Of a stretch of 64,000 nucleotides of DNA, positions 52,362 to 62,256 are shown in pieces; position 1 is the first letter of the stretch; each line of letters begins with the position of its first letter. The notes under the pieces were generated by a model, which was given only the letters and a program-made list of their open reading frames with translations, ran no database searches and was not told where the DNA came from. Position numbers and translations under genes: made by a program. The DNA comes from Armatimonadota bacterium. Its GTDB lineage: Bacteria > Armatimonadota > UBA5829 > DSUL01. The stretch is taken from assembly GCA_039811685.1 (NCBI GenBank), contig JBDHZC010000005.1, forward strand, positions 143,150-207,149, given 5' to 3'.

Positions 52362-52366
52362 CTTTT

Positions 52367-52396
52367 ATTATAAAAAGCCGGGACAAGGCGTGTCAA
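52367..52396 (-). promoter_or_regulatory. consensus sigma70 promoter
   Basis: minus strand TTGACA-18 bp-TATAAT. Confidence 0.8.
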
Positions 52397-52525
52397 GACG
52401 TCTTTCGGACGGGGTGATCTGAGGGTTATCAACGGGTGCGCATGGCTCTCGTTTGCAGGCTATGCTATGATGGTTTCTGGAGAGCGGATCGCGGTGCAAA
52501 GCGAGCCGCCAGAGGACAGTTAGGT

Positions 52526-52873
52526 TTGCGTCTTGTCACGCTGTTAAAGGGAAAAATCCACCGGGCCACTGTAACTGACGCCAATGTTGACTATGTTGGC
52601 AGCGTCACGGTGGATGCGGACTTGCTTGAGCGCGCGGGCATTCTGGTTGGGGAACTGGTGCACGTGTGGAACGTCACAAATGGTGAGCGCCTCACTACGT
52701 ACGCCCTGGCGGGTGAGCGCAATTCCGGTATTATCCAGGTGAATGGATCGGCGGCCCATCGGGCAAAAGCGGGTGACAAAGTCATCATTGTTGCGTTCAT
52801 ACATACAGATGAGCCTGTGGAGCCCAAAGTCGTTCTCGTGGACGACGCCAACAAGTTTGTCAAGTATCTCTAG
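52526..52873 (+). CDS. panD: aspartate 1-decarboxylase
   Basis: [16 protein letters not shown] cleavage site, [13 protein letters not shown]; TTG start after AGAGGA. Confidence 0.95.
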   Translation: MRLVTLLKGKIHRATVTDANVDYVGSVTVDADLLERAGILVGELVHVWNVTNGERLTTYALAGERNSGIIQVNGSAAHRAKAGDKVIIVAFIHTDEPVEPKVVLVDDANKFVKYL

Positions 52874-52946
52874 GCGCCTGCGCTTGAGCGGGGCGCGGGC
52901 ATCATCTCGCTTTTGTCTCGTATCTGACAGGCACAGGAGCCAACAC

Positions 52947-54062
52947 ATGCGATTTCCAGACAGCGTCTGGCCTTACCGAACTATCCTGCTTGCGTGCGTT
53001 TCGCTCGCCCTTGTTGCCGCGCCCTCTTCCAGTTATGCGCTAAATGAACAGAAGCTGGGAGAGCAGTACCACCAGGAGTTGCAGAAGCAGTATCGTGTTT
53101 ACAAAGACCCCCGCGTGACGGAAATCGGCAGGAGAGTCAGCGACGTCGCTGGCATTCATGATGTCGAGTTTTTCGCGATTGATATGGGGCGCAACGACCA
53201 GCCTAACGCCTTCCAGATTCCAAACCACATCTACGCAACCAAGAGCCTCCTCAAAGAGTTTGACGACACCGCGCTGACCTTCATTCTGGGGCATGAGCTT
53301 GGGCACCAGAATGGGCACCATCTCGCGAAGCAGGTAAAGAAGAATCAGACCATCGGGATAGGCGCGGCAATTCTGGGCGCCATCATAGGTGTGCGGCCCA
53401 ACACCGTCGGAGACTATGCCATCAATATCGCGGGTGGCGCTCTCGTGAACCAGTATTCGCGCGAGCAGGAGACCGAAGCCGACACCTTCGGTCTTGAAGT
53501 CCTGCATGACCTGGGGATTCCTTACCAGAAAGCCGCTGACTCGTTCAAAAAGCTGGCCGGAGACCGCAAAGAGGACAAGACCATGAACACGCTCTTCGGG
53601 TCTCACCCTCTGATGGCCAAGCGGATTCAGAACGCCGCTTCGGCCGGGGAGTGGCTGGGGATGCGCGCGGTGGATGTGTTTGATGGGCCGGCCGGGCACT
53701 TCGCCGTCGTTTGGCCGCATCCAACCGAGGGTGAGCTACCGCCTGATCTTCAGCGTCTCAGACAGAGTGTCCGCGTCGAGCTCAGCCGGCAGGGAATCAA
53801 GCTCGCTGTGAACCAGCCGTCCAGCACCCTGCCCATCTGGACCAGGCTCAGCAGGCTGGAAGTGCTGGAAGGTCAGGATATCGACTACGTGGCGTCGCAG
53901 ATAAAGGCCGACCGGATGATCGCGGGTACACGAATTGACAAAGGCCGGTGGCAGGGCGTCATTCTGGATGCGGGACGCAAAGAGCGCCAGGACATCAACT
54001 GGGACGCTACAAACCCCGCGCGGCTGGCTTCTCAGATAGCCAGCGCCGCTTCATCCGGCTAA
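52947..54062 (+). CDS. secreted M48 family zinc metalloprotease
   Basis: signal peptide, PNAF, HELGH, YSREQETEAD, SHP...R. Confidence 0.88.
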   Translation: MRFPDSVWPYRTILLACVSLALVAAPSSSYALNEQKLGEQYHQELQKQYRVYKDPRVTEIGRRVSDVAGIHDVEFFAIDMGRNDQPNAFQIPNHIYATKSLLKEFDDTALTFILGHELGHQNGHHLAKQVKKNQTIGIGAAILGAIIGVRPNTVGDYAINIAGGALVNQYSREQETEADTFGLEVLHDLGIPYQKAADSFKKLAGDRKEDKTMNTLFGSHPLMAKRIQNAASAGEWLGMRAVDVFDGPAGHFAVVWPHPTEGELPPDLQRLRQSVRVELSRQGIKLAVNQPSSTLPIWTRLSRLEVLEGQDIDYVASQIKADRMIAGTRIDKGRWQGVILDAGRKERQDINWDATNPARLASQIASAASSG

Positions 54063-54171
54063 CCCACAGGGTCCGAAAGCCTTTTCGTTTCGGCTCGCTC
54101 GCTTGCCTGTCTTCTGTTGACCGACCAATCTACCGGTTGATCAACGCACACCAGAGTTCGGGCACTTCACA

Positions 54172-54204
54172 AAGTGAAAGGCCCGGAGCGCCTTGCTCCG
54201 GGCC
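54172..54204 (-). terminator. hairpin/terminator
   Basis: GGCCCGGAGC-5 nt-GCTCCGGGCC with T-rich tail on the minus strand. Confidence 0.65.
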
Positions 54205-54377
54205 GGTCAGGATGGGAGGGAGAGCAGCCTGGCCAGCCGCTTGATTACTGGCCAGACCGCCGCTCTTTTTTTGTCGAGGCGTTTTGCGGGTCTTTCCGTA
54301 CCCCGCGCACATCTGTGTGCGCCCATGCCGCACGCCCCCGCGGCATATCTGAAACTCTTTTCTTCGGCTGGTGTGTC

Positions 54378-54566
54378 CTAAGGCACAGAGGGCTTCTGTG
54401 AAGAAGCGCTCACTGCGTCAGCCCGAGTCTGCGAGTGAGTCCGGAGGGCGCCGACACCCACCAGCAACAGGGCGGCGGCGCCGATCCAGACGAGGTTCTC
54501 AAGGAGTCCGATGAACCTTTGCATAAGGCCGCACGGACTGTTATTCTGCTGGAAGGAGGTCGTCAT
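54378..54566 (-). CDS. putative small single-TM protein
   Basis: 62-aa ORF from MTTSFQQ with hydrophobic stretch LVWIGAAALLLVGVGAL. Confidence 0.4.
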   Translation of the reverse strand: MTTSFQQNNSPCGLMQRFIGLLENLVWIGAAALLLVGVGALRTHSQTRADAVSASSQKPSVP

Positions 54567-54817
54567 GAGGTTGTCATTATGATAATGCCACGCCCGGGGC
54601 ACACAGCAATGCTGTCGCATGTACCGGTATTGCCTATCTCTTTGCTAAGCGCTTCAATGTGACAGATCAGATACTGTCCTCCTCAGGGCTATCCCCCTGT
54701 TTACACAGCGCGAGCGTTGACTGTTGCGTAGTCAGTGCAGTAAGATAGGTTTTCTGGGAGCAGCCGGCCAACTGTGAGCGTCAAAGGCTGCAATGCGAAA
54801 GAAGAGGGGAAGTCAGG

Positions 54818-55588
54818 ATGAGACTCAAGCGACTTGTTGTGTGGTTTGTTGGCGCTGTGGCAGGGTTGTCTGTCACTGGAGCGCAGGCGACGCCGCAGCC
54901 AGCTTACATTTCCGGTGTGGGTGAGCCTTACGGGGTGAATGGCAATCTTGATGCGATGAACGCAGCCTTTGGCTCGGGAAACTGGCAGCGCTTGACGTTC
55001 TCAAATGCGGTGGCCTCCGGCGCTTTTACCCCCGGCAACTACAGCATGCTCTTTTTCGACGGCAGCGACGGATACGACGGTGAGTTCACCACCTTTATTG
55101 GGGACAACAAATCAGCGCTTGAGAACTACGTCAGCGGCGGCGGGCACGTCTTTCTGAATGCCGCACGGCAAAGCGGAGCCGATTTGGATCTGGGCTTCAG
55201 TGTGACTCTCCATTTCTACCAGGACAAGAACGCCTCTGCTTACGACTCCAATCATCCGATCTTTCACGGGCCGCTCTCGCCTACCGGAACCTCCTGGAAC
55301 GCGACCTACTTCTCGCACGACTACATTGTCAGCTCAAACGCGCAGACCATTATTAAGAACGGCATTGGGAATCCGATTCTGGCGCAACTCAACTACGGAA
55401 GCGGCGTAATCCTCTTTGGCGGCATGACCCCCAGCAGCTACCACAGCCCGGGACCAGAAGCGCTCAATTTGCGCGCAAACATTCTCAGCTATACGAATAA
55501 TTACGTCGTTCCCGAGCCGACTTCGCTTCAGATGGGACTGATGCTGGCCTTTGGAGGCTTTGGGCTGCTGCGCTCCAAAAAGCGCTGA
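54818..55588 (+). CDS. PEP-CTERM sorting domain protein
   Basis: signal peptide; C-terminus VPEPTSLQMGLMLAFGGFGLLRSKKR. Confidence 0.9.
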   Translation: MRLKRLVVWFVGAVAGLSVTGAQATPQPAYISGVGEPYGVNGNLDAMNAAFGSGNWQRLTFSNAVASGAFTPGNYSMLFFDGSDGYDGEFTTFIGDNKSALENYVSGGGHVFLNAARQSGADLDLGFSVTLHFYQDKNASAYDSNHPIFHGPLSPTGTSWNATYFSHDYIVSSNAQTIIKNGIGNPILAQLNYGSGVILFGGMTPSSYHSPGPEALNLRANILSYTNNYVVPEPTSLQMGLMLAFGGFGLLRSKKR

Positions 55589-55605
55589 GAACAGCCCTCA
55601 CCTCT

Positions 55606-58600
55606 TTACAATCCCAGCACAAAGCGCGCCAGGATAACAGGCGACACCCCTGCGTTTGTCTGGCGCACCGAGCTGATACCCGTGACCTGTACCCACGCTC
55701 CCGGAGCCTGAACCGGCGCCGTGCCGGTCCACACCCAGACACCTGTAGCGCCTGACCCATCGCGCAGTCCGCTTCCGTCGTCGAAGTAGAAGCCGTCAGC
55801 GCCTACTGATTTTACCTGCCCGACGCTGCGGATCATCAATCCAACGTTGTTCAGGTCCACTGAGTCTGAGACCCCGGGCGTCTTTGAGTTGAAAGCGGAA
55901 CCACCCAGGTGTGAGTGGCGCAGAATAAGTGGGCGCAGAGGTGTGGTGGGTGAGCCTGGAGTGACAATGCAGTCCACCAGACGACGTTCGCCGTCAATCA
56001 GCGCAAGCCGTCCACTGACCTGTGCCATCCGATCTGCGGAAATTGCTACTGGTGAGTCCACTCTGATTCCTGAGGCCCGGCTGTCATCCTCAATGTAAAA
56101 TCGGCCCGGAAAGACCGCTGTGACAACTTTTGGCGTCAGCGACACAGCCTCACCGTCATCCAGAGCCTTGGCCTGCGCTATGGTCGCCAACTGGGAAACG
56201 ACGCTCACGCCCGGCGAGCTCAGGACAGCAGACGTGAGGTACTGGTTGTTGACTGCGCGCACGGAGACATAGTAGGTGTGTCCCTGCTGCAGCGTTAGTC
56301 CCGCAATCGCCGCGGACGTATCCGTTCCTGCGTCTGTCCAGCCTTTGATATCCGAGAGACCCGCAGCGCTGCCAACAGCGTACTCAAAGCGCAGTATTCC
56401 GCTCTCCGGATCCGATCCTGCCCACTGCGCATTTAGCGTGGTGAGCGACGTAGTGTAGGTCTCATCTGAGACAGACGTCATAACCGGCGGTGTAGAGTCA
56501 CTGCTCTTCAGAACCCATTTCACCGCGTCCGCGCTCACGTAACGTGTGTCCGCGGAAAGATTGGTCAACTCGACATAACCCGCCGTGCCCGCCGCAAAGG
56601 GCAGATTTTCACCGATAAGGAACCAGCCACCTTGATTGGGTGTGTCGGAGTTCTGATTCTGCACGCTCGTGACCTGCCCGCCGTCGTAGTGAACTGTGTA
56701 GGGCGCGGAGCTGTTGCGGTTCTGCCCCATCTGATAGTACGCGTACACGTCGTACAGTCCCGCGGCTGGAAGGTTCGGCCGCCACGTACAGGAGCGCGTC
56801 GGGCTGGCTGGCGGTACGGTTCCACTACCGCTTGTGTACAGATAGTCCGCCCCGATTTTCGGAACAGACGCGCTGGCCCCAACGCTCCACGAACCACTTG
56901 GTGACGTGTCCTGCCATCCCGGGTCGGAGTTGTCAACCAGGTACTCCACCGGGATTGGCGGCGTTGTAAAGGTCAGGTCGCCTGATGCGCCGGCGCCATA
57001 CGGGTTGGCGGAGAGCGCTTGATAGTGGTAGGTCTGATTCGGAATCAGGCCGCTGAGCGTAATCTGGTGTGTAAGTGTCAGATTTCCATTCTGCTCCTGT
57101 TGTCCGTAGGATACGCCCGGTCCATACTTTACAATCGAATCCGATGGTGCGGCAGTCTTCCACGTGATGACAGCGGACGTCGGCGAAGGCGCTGACTGAA
57201 TATCGCTGATTCCGGGCGGCCCGTACGTCGTAAAGGTGTAGTCACTGGATGTGGACGTCCCGCTTGGGGCAGTTGATTTTACGCGGAAGTGGTAGGTCGT
57301 GCTGGGGAGAAGACCCGTGAGAGCCATGCTGTGGGAGGTTACAGGCGTATTGTCTATAGATGTGCTCTGCCCGTAAGCCGCCGTTATTCCGTACTCCACT
57401 TGTGAAGAGGCTGCCTGGTCGGTAGTCCATTGGACCGTGGCCGAAGTGTTGGTTACCGAGTTGACACCCACTCCGGATATCTGCGGCGGCGGTGTGCCTC
57501 CCAATACGAAGTTTTGCTCCGACATCAGACCAGCCGTCACGGTCACGACCGCAGACTGATTCGGATATCCAGCTTTCGAGCAGGTGACCGAGTAGCTCCC
57601 TGGGGCCAGGTCTATGAAGGCATAGAAGCCCGTTCCGTCACAAGTCATCGTCCGGTTCTCTGGACCGGTCAGTGTGACGGTGGCGCCGTCCGCCCAGTCT
57701 CCAGTTGACTGAATCGTAGCTGTGCCCATCAAGTGCCCTTTGGTCGGATTGGTTTTCCATGGCATTGCGGGCAGGTCTTCCCAGGTCGGAGTAACCTGGG
57801 AGACGAGCGACGGGCTGAAGTTGTCCCATGTTCCGCCGTTGTAAGGCACGCGGTAGGAGTAGCCGCTGAAGCCATCCGCGTAGTTACCGGCGGGCGAAGG
57901 GTTGCGTGTCATCTGGAGCTGGAGGATAGCATTGGAGAGTGAGTTGAGATATATCCCCGGGCCAATGACCATCTGCCTGTTGGCTTTGCGGTCTTTCTCG
58001 AAGTTCATCCAGCGGATATAGTCGTTTGGCAGCGATGCGTTGTTGTAGTACGTCATCGGTACTGCAAAGTCCAGAATGCCTTCCTGGAGCCACGAGTCCC
58101 AGTCAGAGTAAACTTCGTAGTAGGGGCGGGTATTCATAAATGCAGCGCGAGTGGAAGCGACGGGGGAGGGGTTCCACGTCACAACTGAGGCGGACTGCTT
58201 CACCCAGGGCTTGTATTTCTGAATGTTCGCATAGACTTTGCGCACAACGGAGGTGACCTGGTCACGGCGCCACTGGCTGAACTGTGGGTCTGACGGTGAC
58301 GGCTGCCCAGTGCGTCCGAATCGCTCGTTGAACCGCGCAACGCTCACCGGATTGTAACCCTGGTTCCCTCCCGTAAAGCGGATGTAGTCGTAATGCAGGC
58401 CGTCAATGTCGAAGTTGCGCACCAGATCCATGCACACATCAACAATATACTGCTCGCACTTCGGGTGTCCCGGATCGAAGGCTTTGTCGTCGGTCTCGTT
58501 ACCGTTGTTGTCCAGTGTCACCCAGTAGTTGTCCAGATCTGCCGGGTTGTTGTGCTGATAATAGACCGGTGAGGCAGTCGCGCCGCTGGCGGTGGCAAAA

Positions 58601-58995
58601 GTGACAATCCAGCAGTGCACTTCGATGCGTTTCTTGCCGCCGGTGGTGTCGTGGGCCGCGTTGATCATCGCCTGAAGCGCGTTGTAGTTCGCAGGAGAAA
58701 GACCAGAGAAGTACGGTTCGCCCATTCCTGACGGATAGCACACATCGGCGCGTCGGCGGACCTGAACAATTACGGCATTACAGTTTGTGTTGCGGATGAC
58801 CCCTTTGTTGTTGGGATCGCCAACCTTTCCGAGCAGCTTTTCAACCTGGGTCTGGTTGAGAAGCCCCGCGCCCCAGGCATCCACCCAGAATGCGCGAAAC
58901 TCATCGGCTCTGGCGTCGCTGCAGGCCAGCGCCAGAACCAGCGCGCAGGCAAGCGCCACTGCTGTCCGCGATATGCGGCATATCTTCATATCCAT
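55606..58995 (-). CDS. secreted GHL10 (DUF187/YddW-like) glycoside hydrolase with FN3, golvesin-like and C-terminal tandem OB-like domains
   Basis: EFRAFWVD, QVRRRAD, IEVHCW, DGLHYDYIR, WRRD, PMTY; GLYDVY...ADAVKW; FN3 repeats; GAGGAG RBS. Confidence 0.88.
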   Translation of the reverse strand: MDMKICRISRTAVALACALVLALACSDARADEFRAFWVDAWGAGLLNQTQVEKLLGKVGDPNNKGVIRNTNCNAVIVQVRRRADVCYPSGMGEPYFSGLSPANYNALQAMINAAHDTTGGKKRIEVHCWIVTFATASGATASPVYYQHNNPADLDNYWVTLDNNGNETDDKAFDPGHPKCEQYIVDVCMDLVRNFDIDGLHYDYIRFTGGNQGYNPVSVARFNERFGRTGQPSPSDPQFSQWRRDQVTSVVRKVYANIQKYKPWVKQSASVVTWNPSPVASTRAAFMNTRPYYEVYSDWDSWLQEGILDFAVPMTYYNNASLPNDYIRWMNFEKDRKANRQMVIGPGIYLNSLSNAILQLQMTRNPSPAGNYADGFSGYSYRVPYNGGTWDNFSPSLVSQVTPTWEDLPAMPWKTNPTKGHLMGTATIQSTGDWADGATVTLTGPENRTMTCDGTGFYAFIDLAPGSYSVTCSKAGYPNQSAVVTVTAGLMSEQNFVLGGTPPPQISGVGVNSVTNTSATVQWTTDQAASSQVEYGITAAYGQSTSIDNTPVTSHSMALTGLLPSTTYHFRVKSTAPSGTSTSSDYTFTTYGPPGISDIQSAPSPTSAVITWKTAAPSDSIVKYGPGVSYGQQEQNGNLTLTHQITLSGLIPNQTYHYQALSANPYGAGASGDLTFTTPPIPVEYLVDNSDPGWQDTSPSGSWSVGASASVPKIGADYLYTSGSGTVPPASPTRSCTWRPNLPAAGLYDVYAYYQMGQNRNSSAPYTVHYDGGQVTSVQNQNSDTPNQGGWFLIGENLPFAAGTAGYVELTNLSADTRYVSADAVKWVLKSSDSTPPVMTSVSDETYTTSLTTLNAQWAGSDPESGILRFEYAVGSAAGLSDIKGWTDAGTDTSAAIAGLTLQQGHTYYVSVRAVNNQYLTSAVLSSPGVSVVSQLATIAQAKALDDGEAVSLTPKVVTAVFPGRFYIEDDSRASGIRVDSPVAISADRMAQVSGRLALIDGERRLVDCIVTPGSPTTPLRPLILRHSHLGGSAFNSKTPGVSDSVDLNNVGLMIRSVGQVKSVGADGFYFDDGSGLRDGSGATGVWVWTGTAPVQAPGAWVQVTGISSVRQTNAGVSPVILARFVLGL

Positions 58996-59189
58996 TCTCC
59001 TCTTGTCGCACAGGCGCGGGCTGCAGATGCCAAAGGATTGCCAGAAAAGCGCCAGATACCAACCGTTGTCCCATATCTACTATAAGGCTCTCAGGCTCTT
59101 TTAGTCAATAGTGAAACCGATTTCGCACCGTCCTTCCCCGTAGCCAGTCACCGGTCCGAAAAATCCGCAAAAGTTTGCAAACTACCCTC

Positions 59190-59218
59190 TTGCGCGGACA
59201 GGGAAAGTGTGAGACAAT
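59190..59218 (+). promoter_or_regulatory. candidate promoter of the GH144-like operon
   Basis: TTGCGC-17 bp-GACAAT with TG extension. Confidence 0.45.
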
Positions 59219-59232
59219 GCTAACGTCGCTTG

Positions 59233-59246
59233 TGGGAGCGCTCCCA
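59233..59246. promoter_or_regulatory. LacI-family (CelR/CebR-type) operator 1
   Basis: perfect palindrome TGGGAGCGCTCCCA. Confidence 0.85.
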
Positions 59247-59367
59247 TAGACGGCGGAAGAGCGTCTCTGTGAGAGGAGGTGCTTTCACAGAGGGGCGCAG
59301 TGATCTCTCATTCTGGCTTCAGGCGTGAGGCTGGTCGCCTTGCGGGAAACGCTTACTGTATTTGTCG

Positions 59368-59381
59368 TGGGAGCGCTCCCA
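59368..59381. promoter_or_regulatory. LacI-family (CelR/CebR-type) operator 2
   Basis: second exact TGGGAGCGCTCCCA. Confidence 0.85.
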
Positions 59382-59425
59382 AATATCTTGGAGTATGGGT
59401 GGCCAGGTCGTCTGGACTGGCTGTT

Positions 59426-62188
59426 ATGAACAGAGTCTGGCTCTTGACAACAGCGCTGATGCTGATATGCTCTCACAATGTTGCCGCCAACCTCCTGGCC
59501 AACGCCGGGCTTGAGTCGGCAGATAGTGGCGCGCCGCCCGACCCGATTGGCTGGACCGAATACGGGCCGGACCTCACTGGTGAACGCTCCCTGACCCATG
59601 CCCGCTCTGGCGCCGCCAGCGCCAAGCGCTGGACCGGAGGCGACTTTCAGGAGTACGGATACTATCAGGACTTTCCTGTTGTCCCCGGACGTGAATACGT
59701 CGCATCCGGCTATCTGTTCAGCCCTGCGGGAGATGCGCTCTCAGGCTCCAGCTACGCCTGCATTCGCCTCGAGTTCTACAACGCGCAGAATCAACTCCTG
59801 CTCACCAGGCAGAGCCCGCGGCTGCACTCTGCAAACAGCGCATTCCAGAAGTATTCGACCGTGGCCGTGGCGCCTGGCCTGGCGTCGCACGGGCGCTTTG
59901 TGTACGGGGTCGGCGGGGGCGCCTCTCCACATCTTGGAGCGGCCTATCTGGACGATGCCAGCGTGATAGAAACGGATATCTCCGCGCTGGATGATGAGCA
60001 GTTTCTGGACTTGCTGCAGCGGCGCATCTTCGATTTCTTCTGGAATGAGTCCAGCTCAAAAGGCCTCATCAAAGACCGCGCAGGCAATTTCTCACCCGAC
60101 AGCTACACTCACTCTAGCATCGCGTCTGTCGGTTTTGGGCTCCCGGTGATCTGCATAGCTGAAGAGCGCGGCTGGGTAGGTCACGCCGACGCTTATCAGC
60201 GCGTTTACCAGACTCTTCTCAGCTTTCGCGATGAGCTGTACAACGATCACGGGTTTTTCTATCACTTTGTGAATATGAACACCGGCCAGCCGGCGCCTGG
60301 CAGTGAGATTTCCACGATTGACACGGCGCTGTTCGTATTCGGAGCGCTTATGGCGGGTGAGTACTTCGCCGCCCGCTACGGGGATGATTCCCTTAAGCAG
60401 ATAGCCGGGCAAATTTACGATCGCGTGGACTGGCCGGCGCGATACGCGGGCTGGAGCACCTATTCTGAATACATCATGATGGATTTGCTGGCGATGGGGT
60501 CCGCCACGCACCCCATGCCCTCGTCCATCTGGAACATCATCAACAGGCCTTTGCGTGACAGCATCACCACCCGTCCTCTCGATCATAGTTATCCGCGCTA
60601 CTTCTATCCGGTTCTGTTCGTCCACCAGTACCCGCACTGCTTCATCGATTTTCGCTTCCGCAACGATGCCTACACACCCATCTGGACCTATTTCGACAGC
60701 TCCACGCAGAGCACGATAACCAACAGACTCTACTGCATAGATCACTCTGTCTCCAGCGGTTCCGCGCTTCCGAAATTTCAAAGCTACGGACCCGATAGCT
60801 GGGGGTTGACCGCAGGCGACAGCCCGGACGGCTATGAGGCAATCGGCGAGGCGGAGCCGAATCAGAGCGAGCCTCAGGGTTCGCGCGGCATTGACGGCAC
60901 AGTCTTTCCGCACGGCCCCGGCGGATCGGTCATGTTTGCGCCGGACATCTGCGTACCGGCACTGCGCTGGATGTTTGACACCTACGGCGACAGAATCTGG
61001 GGGCGCTATGGCTTCTCCGATGCGTACAACGTTGACAGGAACTGGTGGGGTCCGGACGTTATTGGCATTGATGCAGGTTCCATGTTCCTCAGCATTGAGA
61101 ACTACCGTACCGGCAGGCCGTGGCGCTATTTTATGGCCAACTCCGGCATCCGGCGTGGACTGAGCGCAGCCGGATTCACAGGCCACCCGCAACCCTCCAC
61201 CGACGACTTCAACGACGGCCCGGTCAATGCCTGGAACGGTGGATGTGACAGCGGCGTGACCTACGTTTCGATTCCCTACCAAAATCCGTGGGTCAACGGG
61301 CAGGCGCTGCGCGTCAGCTCCCAGCAGCCTGGCGTGCTTTGTTTCGGACGACTAGACCTTACCTATGACGACTATATCAGTTTCCATGTGCGCGGAGAAG
61401 CCGGAGGTGAGAGCCTCACTGTCAGTCTGCAGGATGCGTCCGGACGAATTGCTCAGGTCAACACAGGCGCGTATCTCACGGGAGCGCTGGTGAGTAATCA
61501 GTGGCAGCGCGTACAGATTCCGCTGGCAGACTTGGCGGGGCTCCACTGGCCTTCCATTGAACGCCTCACTTTCACGCTCAGCGCGCCGTCATCAGCCGTT
61601 CTTATTGACTCTCTCGGGTTCTACGGATCTCACCCGGACGGCGGAGCAGCGCCACTAAGCTCCATTGGCGCGGCGGCGCAGTTACCTGACGGGGAGTCTG
61701 TTTCTCTGTCCGGCCTGGTTGTCACTGAGAACTTCGGCGCTTTCTTCTACGTGGAGCAGGCGGACCGATCTGCGGGTATCAAAGTCGCCTCTCCTGCTGC
61801 TCTGGTTCCTGGAGATGTTGTCTCGATAAAAGCAGAGCTTGCCACCGTTGATGCAGAGCGCTCGCTTGTCAATCCCGTCATCACCAGAACCGGGCACGCA
61901 CAGCCGCCGTTACCGCTTGGCGCCACTCCTATGACGATCGCCGGAGGAGCGCTACCTCTGACCGGGCTGCGGGTGCGGACCTGGGGTGTCGCTGGCGAGA
62001 CGGTGGCGGATGAGTTTACTGTTTCGGACGGAGGGAGGAGCCTGACTATCTCCGCTCCCGCACTGCCAAAGCCGGCGCCCGGGCAGTTTGTCGTTGTTAC
62101 CGGCGTGGCCGGAGCGCGAAGCGCCTCCGGTGCGCCTCTGCCACTCGTGAGAGTGCGCCAGGCCAGTGAGATTAATACCGCGCCGTGA
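59426..62188 (+). CDS. secreted glucoamylase-family (GH144-like) glucanase with CBM-like domains and C-terminal tandem OB-like module
   Basis: SSIASVGFGL, HGFFYHF, EISTIDTALF, LFVHQY, WGLTAGD, YGFSDAYN, IGIDAG, IENYR; signal peptide from MNRVW. Confidence 0.88.
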   Translation: MNRVWLLTTALMLICSHNVAANLLANAGLESADSGAPPDPIGWTEYGPDLTGERSLTHARSGAASAKRWTGGDFQEYGYYQDFPVVPGREYVASGYLFSPAGDALSGSSYACIRLEFYNAQNQLLLTRQSPRLHSANSAFQKYSTVAVAPGLASHGRFVYGVGGGASPHLGAAYLDDASVIETDISALDDEQFLDLLQRRIFDFFWNESSSKGLIKDRAGNFSPDSYTHSSIASVGFGLPVICIAEERGWVGHADAYQRVYQTLLSFRDELYNDHGFFYHFVNMNTGQPAPGSEISTIDTALFVFGALMAGEYFAARYGDDSLKQIAGQIYDRVDWPARYAGWSTYSEYIMMDLLAMGSATHPMPSSIWNIINRPLRDSITTRPLDHSYPRYFYPVLFVHQYPHCFIDFRFRNDAYTPIWTYFDSSTQSTITNRLYCIDHSVSSGSALPKFQSYGPDSWGLTAGDSPDGYEAIGEAEPNQSEPQGSRGIDGTVFPHGPGGSVMFAPDICVPALRWMFDTYGDRIWGRYGFSDAYNVDRNWWGPDVIGIDAGSMFLSIENYRTGRPWRYFMANSGIRRGLSAAGFTGHPQPSTDDFNDGPVNAWNGGCDSGVTYVSIPYQNPWVNGQALRVSSQQPGVLCFGRLDLTYDDYISFHVRGEAGGESLTVSLQDASGRIAQVNTGAYLTGALVSNQWQRVQIPLADLAGLHWPSIERLTFTLSAPSSAVLIDSLGFYGSHPDGGAAPLSSIGAAAQLPDGESVSLSGLVVTENFGAFFYVEQADRSAGIKVASPAALVPGDVVSIKAELATVDAERSLVNPVITRTGHAQPPLPLGATPMTIAGGALPLTGLRVRTWGVAGETVADEFTVSDGGRSLTISAPALPKPAPGQFVVVTGVAGARSASGAPLPLVRVRQASEINTAP

Positions 62189-62256
62189 CCGCGGTCGCTG
62201 CGCGGTATCCTGTTTGGAAGTATCTTCGACACTCTATCGAAAAAAGGAGACATCGC

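Noticed and set aside
59279-59425. N-terminal extension of the GH144-like ORF
   Set aside because: Contains an operator; signal peptide starts at 59426
60092-61282. 396-aa minus-strand ORF and similar long shadow ORFs
   Set aside because: Antisense to well-supported genes; expected in GC-rich DNA
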